From: an uncultured virus (IMG/VR IMGVR_UViG_3300025789_000022)
Lineage: Duplodnaviria > Heunggongvirae > Uroviricota > Caudoviricetes
IMG/VR virus record: IMGVR_UViG_3300025789_000022
Length of the DNA stretch: 20,000 nt
Strand: one strand, 5' to 3'
Notes under the pieces: generated by a model
What the model saw: only the letters and a program-made list of their open reading frames with translations
Databases searched by the model: none
Told to the model about the DNA's origin: nothing
Position numbers and translations under genes: made by a program
Shown: positions 16,172-20,000 of the stretch, piece after piece
Layout: every line of letters begins with the position of its first letter
Position numbering within the stretch: the stretch's first letter is position 1

Positions 16172-17737
16172 ATGGCAAAACCCGTAGAGAATAAACTTAT
16201 ACGTAAACCACACATTCGTATGCAAATTACCGAACAACAATTAATTGAATTTAGTTTGTGCGCCGATCCTGTGACAGGTCCAGAATATTTTATCAGAAAT
16301 TTCTTTTATATTCAGCATCCTACCAAGGGTAGACTACAACTTAGTCCGTTTGACTATCAAGAAGAACTGCTGCACAACTATCATAATAACAGATTTAGTA
16401 TTAACATGTTAGGTCGTCAAATGGGTAAATCCACACTAGCGGCGGGCTACTTGTTATGGTATGCTATGTTTGTTCCAGACAGCACTATTCTTGTAGCAAG
16501 TAACAAATATACTGGTGCACAAGATATTATGCAGCGTATTAGATTTGGTTATGAAAACTGTCCAGACCATATTCGTGCTGGTGTGGTTGATTATAATAAG
16601 GGTTCGCTTGGATTTGACAATGGTAGCCGTATCGTAAGTTCAACCACCACTGAAACAACAGGTCGTGGTATGAGTATTTCACTGCTATACTGTGACGAGT
16701 TAGCATTTGTTAGACCAACAATTGCCAAAGAGTTCTGGACTTCAATTAGTCCTACGCTATCAACAGGTGGTAAGGCAATCATTACTTCTACTCCTAACAG
16801 CGATGAAGACCAATTTGCTGATATTTGGAAAGAAGCCAATAAGAAATTTGACTCACATGGTAATGAAACCAAACTTGGACGCAATGGTTTTAGTCCGTTC
16901 CTTGCTACATGGGATCGTCATCCAGAGCGTGATAAAGATTGGGCAGACCGTGAGATGAGCAGTGTAGGTGTTGACCGCTTCCGTCGTGAACATAATTGTG
17001 AGTTCGTTATCTATGATGAAACACTTATTGCGCCAGGAATACTTGTTGACCTCAGTGGTATTGAACCAATTGAAAAACAAGGACAGGTTCGTTGGTATGA
17101 AAAACCACAGCGCAATCATGTTTATATCGTAGCACTTGATCCAAGTCTTGGAACAGGTGGTGATCCTGCTGCTATTGAAGTATATGATGCAACTACTATG
17201 CGTCAGGTAGCAGAGTGGCAGCATAATCTTACTATCATACAAAAGCAAGTGCTGATTATGAGTGAAATTTGCAAGTATATTAAAGAAATGACAGGCAATG
17301 CTGGTGATATCTATTATAGTATAGAGAATAATAATATCGGTGAAGCTGCATTAAATGCAGTGGCTGATATTGGTGAAGAAAATATACCAGGCAGTTTCTT
17401 AAGTGAACCAGGTGGTGGCGGACGCAGATTTCGCAAAGGATTTAATACCACACCAAAGAGTAAGATTGCAGCCTGTTCTAAATTTAAACTATGGATGGAA
17501 ACAGGTAAAATTAAATTATGCAGTAAAAGTTTAATCAGTGAATTGAAAACATTTGTGGCGCATGGCGTAAGTTATGCGGGCAAAGTTGGTGAAACAGATG
17601 ACCTTGTAATGGCTACATTATTAGCAGTGCGTATGATTCTGCATCTTCGTATGTATGATAGTAGAATTAGTGATGGATTGGCAATGGATAGTGCTGATAT
17701 AATTCCTCCTATGCCGTTTATATCTATGATGAGATAA
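16172..17737 (+). CDS. terL: Terminase large subunit, T4 gp17-like (start revised to ATG 16172, 521 aa)
   Basis: Adenine-binding FDYQ, Walker A GRQMGKST, Walker B LLYCDE, coupling motif ITSTPN, FRREHNCEF, and RNase H-like nuclease motifs ALDPS...GD, SIENN..G and DDLVMA. Confidence 0.96.
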   Translation: MAKPVENKLIRKPHIRMQITEQQLIEFSLCADPVTGPEYFIRNFFYIQHPTKGRLQLSPFDYQEELLHNYHNNRFSINMLGRQMGKSTLAAGYLLWYAMFVPDSTILVASNKYTGAQDIMQRIRFGYENCPDHIRAGVVDYNKGSLGFDNGSRIVSSTTTETTGRGMSISLLYCDELAFVRPTIAKEFWTSISPTLSTGGKAIITSTPNSDEDQFADIWKEANKKFDSHGNETKLGRNGFSPFLATWDRHPERDKDWADREMSSVGVDRFRREHNCEFVIYDETLIAPGILVDLSGIEPIEKQGQVRWYEKPQRNHVYIVALDPSLGTGGDPAAIEVYDATTMRQVAEWQHNLTIIQKQVLIMSEICKYIKEMTGNAGDIYYSIENNNIGEAALNAVADIGEENIPGSFLSEPGGGGRRFRKGFNTTPKSKIAACSKFKLWMETGKIKLCSKSLISELKTFVAHGVSYAGKVGETDDLVMATLLAVRMILHLRMYDSRISDGLAMDSADIIPPMPFISMMR

Positions 17738-17741
17738 GGCA

Positions 17742-17747
17742 TAAATA
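17742..17747 (+). promoter_or_regulatory. Putative late promoter core TAAATA
   Basis: ATAAATA-attct-ATG(17753). Confidence 0.7.
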
Positions 17748-17752
17748 ATTCT

Positions 17753-20000
17753 ATGAGTGAAATTAGCCAAGCAGCGGAAGACCTTTTCTTTAAGTTAAGA
17801 AACCGTTTTCCAAAAATTAATATGGGTGATGAAAACGGGAAAGACACTGTTGATCCTAATAAGGCACGTTTTTTTAATTTTGTATATACAGATAAAGAAA
17901 GCAATCGTGCATATGGTCGTATCACTACCAGTTTAATTGATGGTGCCAGTTTAAAAGTATTTTTTGATACTGCTATTACTGACCGCATGCTTCCAGAAGA
18001 TAAGAACTATTGGTATAGTTTTCTACGTGAACTACGTCGTATGGCAAAAGGTCATATGTTAAACTTTGATGTTCGTGACATTACCAAAGATACCTTGAGT
18101 AGACAGGATTTACAATACATGACTAAGTTAAACCCACAGAAGAAAGACTTCAAAGAATCACTAGAAGAAAGCCGTGTGCTATGGCAGCGTCGTGGTAAGT
18201 TCAGTGAAGGAACGCTAAACAATGTTCGCATCAATGTTGTTCACAATGAAAAGATGCTTGAAAACCCAAACAATCGTTTGCTTAAAGTAGATAGAATCTA
18301 TTTGGTAAATGAAAATGGTGAGAAGTTTCTACTTCCATTTAAGAGTGTTGGTGGAGCAAAGGCAATGGCTAACCATGTATCTCGTGGTGGCAATCCTTAT
18401 GATAACAATGGTCAATTGATTTCTCGTGCTATTGCTGAAATGCGTAACTTGAGCAGATTTACTAGCGTAACTCGTAATCGCACATTTGAAAGTAGTGAAG
18501 CAGGTGATGTTATTACTGCTGCACAACAAATGAAAGAAAGCATCAAGCGTCATATTGCTCGTCTTACTAATAACAGTCGTTCATTTAGTGAAAGCCTTGA
18601 AGCATTGCACGACCTAATTTCTGAAAACAGTGAAGATTTAGGTGAAGTAAAAGGTTGGTTCACACAACAAACATATAACGAAAACTTAGACAATTACCTA
18701 GCAAGTGCTGCTGGCGCTTATAAGAAACTTAAGGAAGGCACGATGAATAGAGTTAACGAAGCCGCTGGCAGCGTAGAAAAGAAAATTATGGACCCTAACT
18801 ATAAGTTGGTGTTAAAGGCTGATAGCGGTCTTGATAAACTTATGATTAGCCGCAAGTATACAAGTTCAACTGCGCTGTTAACGGCAGTACTTGGTGATAT
18901 TGCAAACCGCATGATTGGCAGCGATGGCGATGATATTGCTAACTTTGCAAGCCTCATGGGTGATCTTGTAAGCAGCGAAGGCGAGGCATTTGGTCAGCGC
19001 AGTGAACCAGAATATAACAAAGACAAGAAACTTTCTATTCTTCTAGCACAGAAGTATATGAAGGATTTGGGTGAATTAAACAAGAATCCAGAATATGCAA
19101 AGGTAGTTCGCAAAGAACCTAATGTTCGTCCAAGCGATGTACGCAAGGCAAAGAGTGCTGGTGATGAGTTTGAAGAAAGCATCATGGGTCTTGGTGAAGG
19201 TCCAATGAGTCACCCAATTGAAATTAATGGCAAACAAGTTGATGTTCGTTCTCTTCAAGTTGATGGTGTTGATACCGAAGATTATCCAGATTTCAGTGAT
19301 GCTTATTTTAGCGTTGGCGAATACACAGATGGCACCCCAATGAGCGATCAAGAACTTGATTGGTTAAATGACCATCATCGTGATTTATTGCATCAGATGG
19401 CACACGAAGGCACACAAGGCATGGATGAAGCAAACCTTGGTGCTAAACTTGGCACTGCTGCATTTGCACTTGGTATGGGTGCTACTGCTGCTGGTATGAT
19501 GCCAGACGACAAGGCTGTCCCTTATATGGTTAAGCCAGCACAGCATGGTGGATATGAAGTTGTGTTAAAGCGCAATCCAAGTCATGATTTAGTGAACTTT
19601 GATAACAAAGAACAAGCATACGCTTGGATTAAGCAAAAGATGCAGCCAAAGACAAAGACTGATCCATTTGAAGATGCAGTAAATGAAGAACCAAATGAAG
19701 GTAATGAATTTAGTGGTAAACTTGCAGCAGCAAAGGCAAGTGGTAAGAAAGAATTTGAAGTAGATGGCAAGACCTATCCAGTTAAGGAAGGTGATGCAAG
19801 TGAACCAGACCATGAAGATGCAGATGCTGATGACAAGCGTTTTGATGATCAAGAAGAAACCAAGAAAACAAAGGGAACCCCAATGAAAAACAAGAATATT
19901 GAAGAAATGCGTAAATTGGCAGGTCTGCCTTTGATGGAAAACTACATCTACGCACAAGAAGAAGAAAGCGATGAGCATGAAGAGCATGAAGGTGGTGAGC
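17753..20000 (+). CDS. Large hypothetical virion (probable head-internal) protein, at least 749 aa, 3'-truncated; absent from the ORF track
   Basis: Hand translation is open from ATG 17753 (MSEISQAAEDLFFKLRNRFPKINMGDENG...) to the window end (...EMRKLAGLPLMENYIYAQEEESDEHEEHEGGE) with no stop. A TAAATA-N5 element lies upstream. Confidence 0.9.
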   Translation, partial: MSEISQAAEDLFFKLRNRFPKINMGDENGKDTVDPNKARFFNFVYTDKESNRAYGRITTSLIDGASLKVFFDTAITDRMLPEDKNYWYSFLRELRRMAKGHMLNFDVRDITKDTLSRQDLQYMTKLNPQKKDFKESLEESRVLWQRRGKFSEGTLNNVRINVVHNEKMLENPNNRLLKVDRIYLVNENGEKFLLPFKSVGGAKAMANHVSRGGNPYDNNGQLISRAIAEMRNLSRFTSVTRNRTFESSEAGDVITAAQQMKESIKRHIARLTNNSRSFSESLEALHDLISENSEDLGEVKGWFTQQTYNENLDNYLASAAGAYKKLKEGTMNRVNEAAGSVEKKIMDPNYKLVLKADSGLDKLMISRKYTSSTALLTAVLGDIANRMIGSDGDDIANFASLMGDLVSSEGEAFGQRSEPEYNKDKKLSILLAQKYMKDLGELNKNPEYAKVVRKEPNVRPSDVRKAKSAGDEFEESIMGLGEGPMSHPIEINGKQVDVRSLQVDGVDTEDYPDFSDAYFSVGEYTDGTPMSDQELDWLNDHHRDLLHQMAHEGTQGMDEANLGAKLGTAAFALGMGATAAGMMPDDKAVPYMVKPAQHGGYEVVLKRNPSHDLVNFDNKEQAYAWIKQKMQPKTKTDPFEDAVNEEPNEGNEFSGKLAAAKASGKKEFEVDGKTYPVKEGDASEPDHEDADADDKRFDDQEETKKTKGTPMKNKNIEEMRKLAGLPLMENYIYAQEEESDEHEEHEGGE

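Noticed and set aside
16172..17737. Intein, intron or split in the terminase
   Set aside because: ATPase and nuclease motifs are continuous in 521 aa, and no splice motifs were seen.
932..19987. Short antisense or alternative-frame ORFs in the track (e.g. 932-1369, 4193-4465, 5474-5752, 8647-8997, 12453-12941, 16853-17248, 17572-17988, 19589-19987)
   Set aside because: They overlap well-supported genes, have shadow-frame composition and lack motifs. Those beyond 17753 are shadows of the large plus-strand ORF.
1..20000. Stop-codon reassignment as in some large phages
   Set aside because: Core genes are full length and tightly packed under the standard code. TAA, TGA and one TAG (1539-1541) all end genes at sensible places.
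1..20000. CRISPR array, tRNA, rRNA or diversity-generating retroelement
   Set aside because: The longest intergenic gap is ~110 nt. No spaced direct repeats, cloverleaf, reverse transcriptase or adenine-specific repeat pair seen.

Overview
Virion-morphogenesis region of a large T4-like (jumbo-type) contractile-tailed phage, standard genetic code. It encodes a gp13-like neck protein, dNMP kinase, an unusually long (1090 aa) tail sheath, a tail tube and a tube-like paralogue, a gp4-like head completion nuclease, a probable small terminase, several probable prohead-core or internal proteins, an HNH nuclease, the large terminase, and an ORF of at least 749 aa that runs off the right end and is missing from the ORF track. 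A cobalamin-dependent radical SAM enzyme and two AT-rich HxD...H (2OG-Fe(II) oxygenase-like) genes are embedded among these. Main signals: (1) ten genes have TAAATA (one TAATTA) exactly 5-6 nt before the ATG with no Shine-Dalgarno, suggesting leaderless late mRNAs, while sheath and tube have leaders with an SD. (2) Four tandem small genes share an N-terminal MRAxE(F/I)xxE peptide resembling the T4 capsid-targeting sequence; one is a 58-aa ORF missed by the track. (3) The radical SAM gene has its own late-type promoter back-to-back with the neck gene. All protein calls come from motif recognition by eye; no searches were run.
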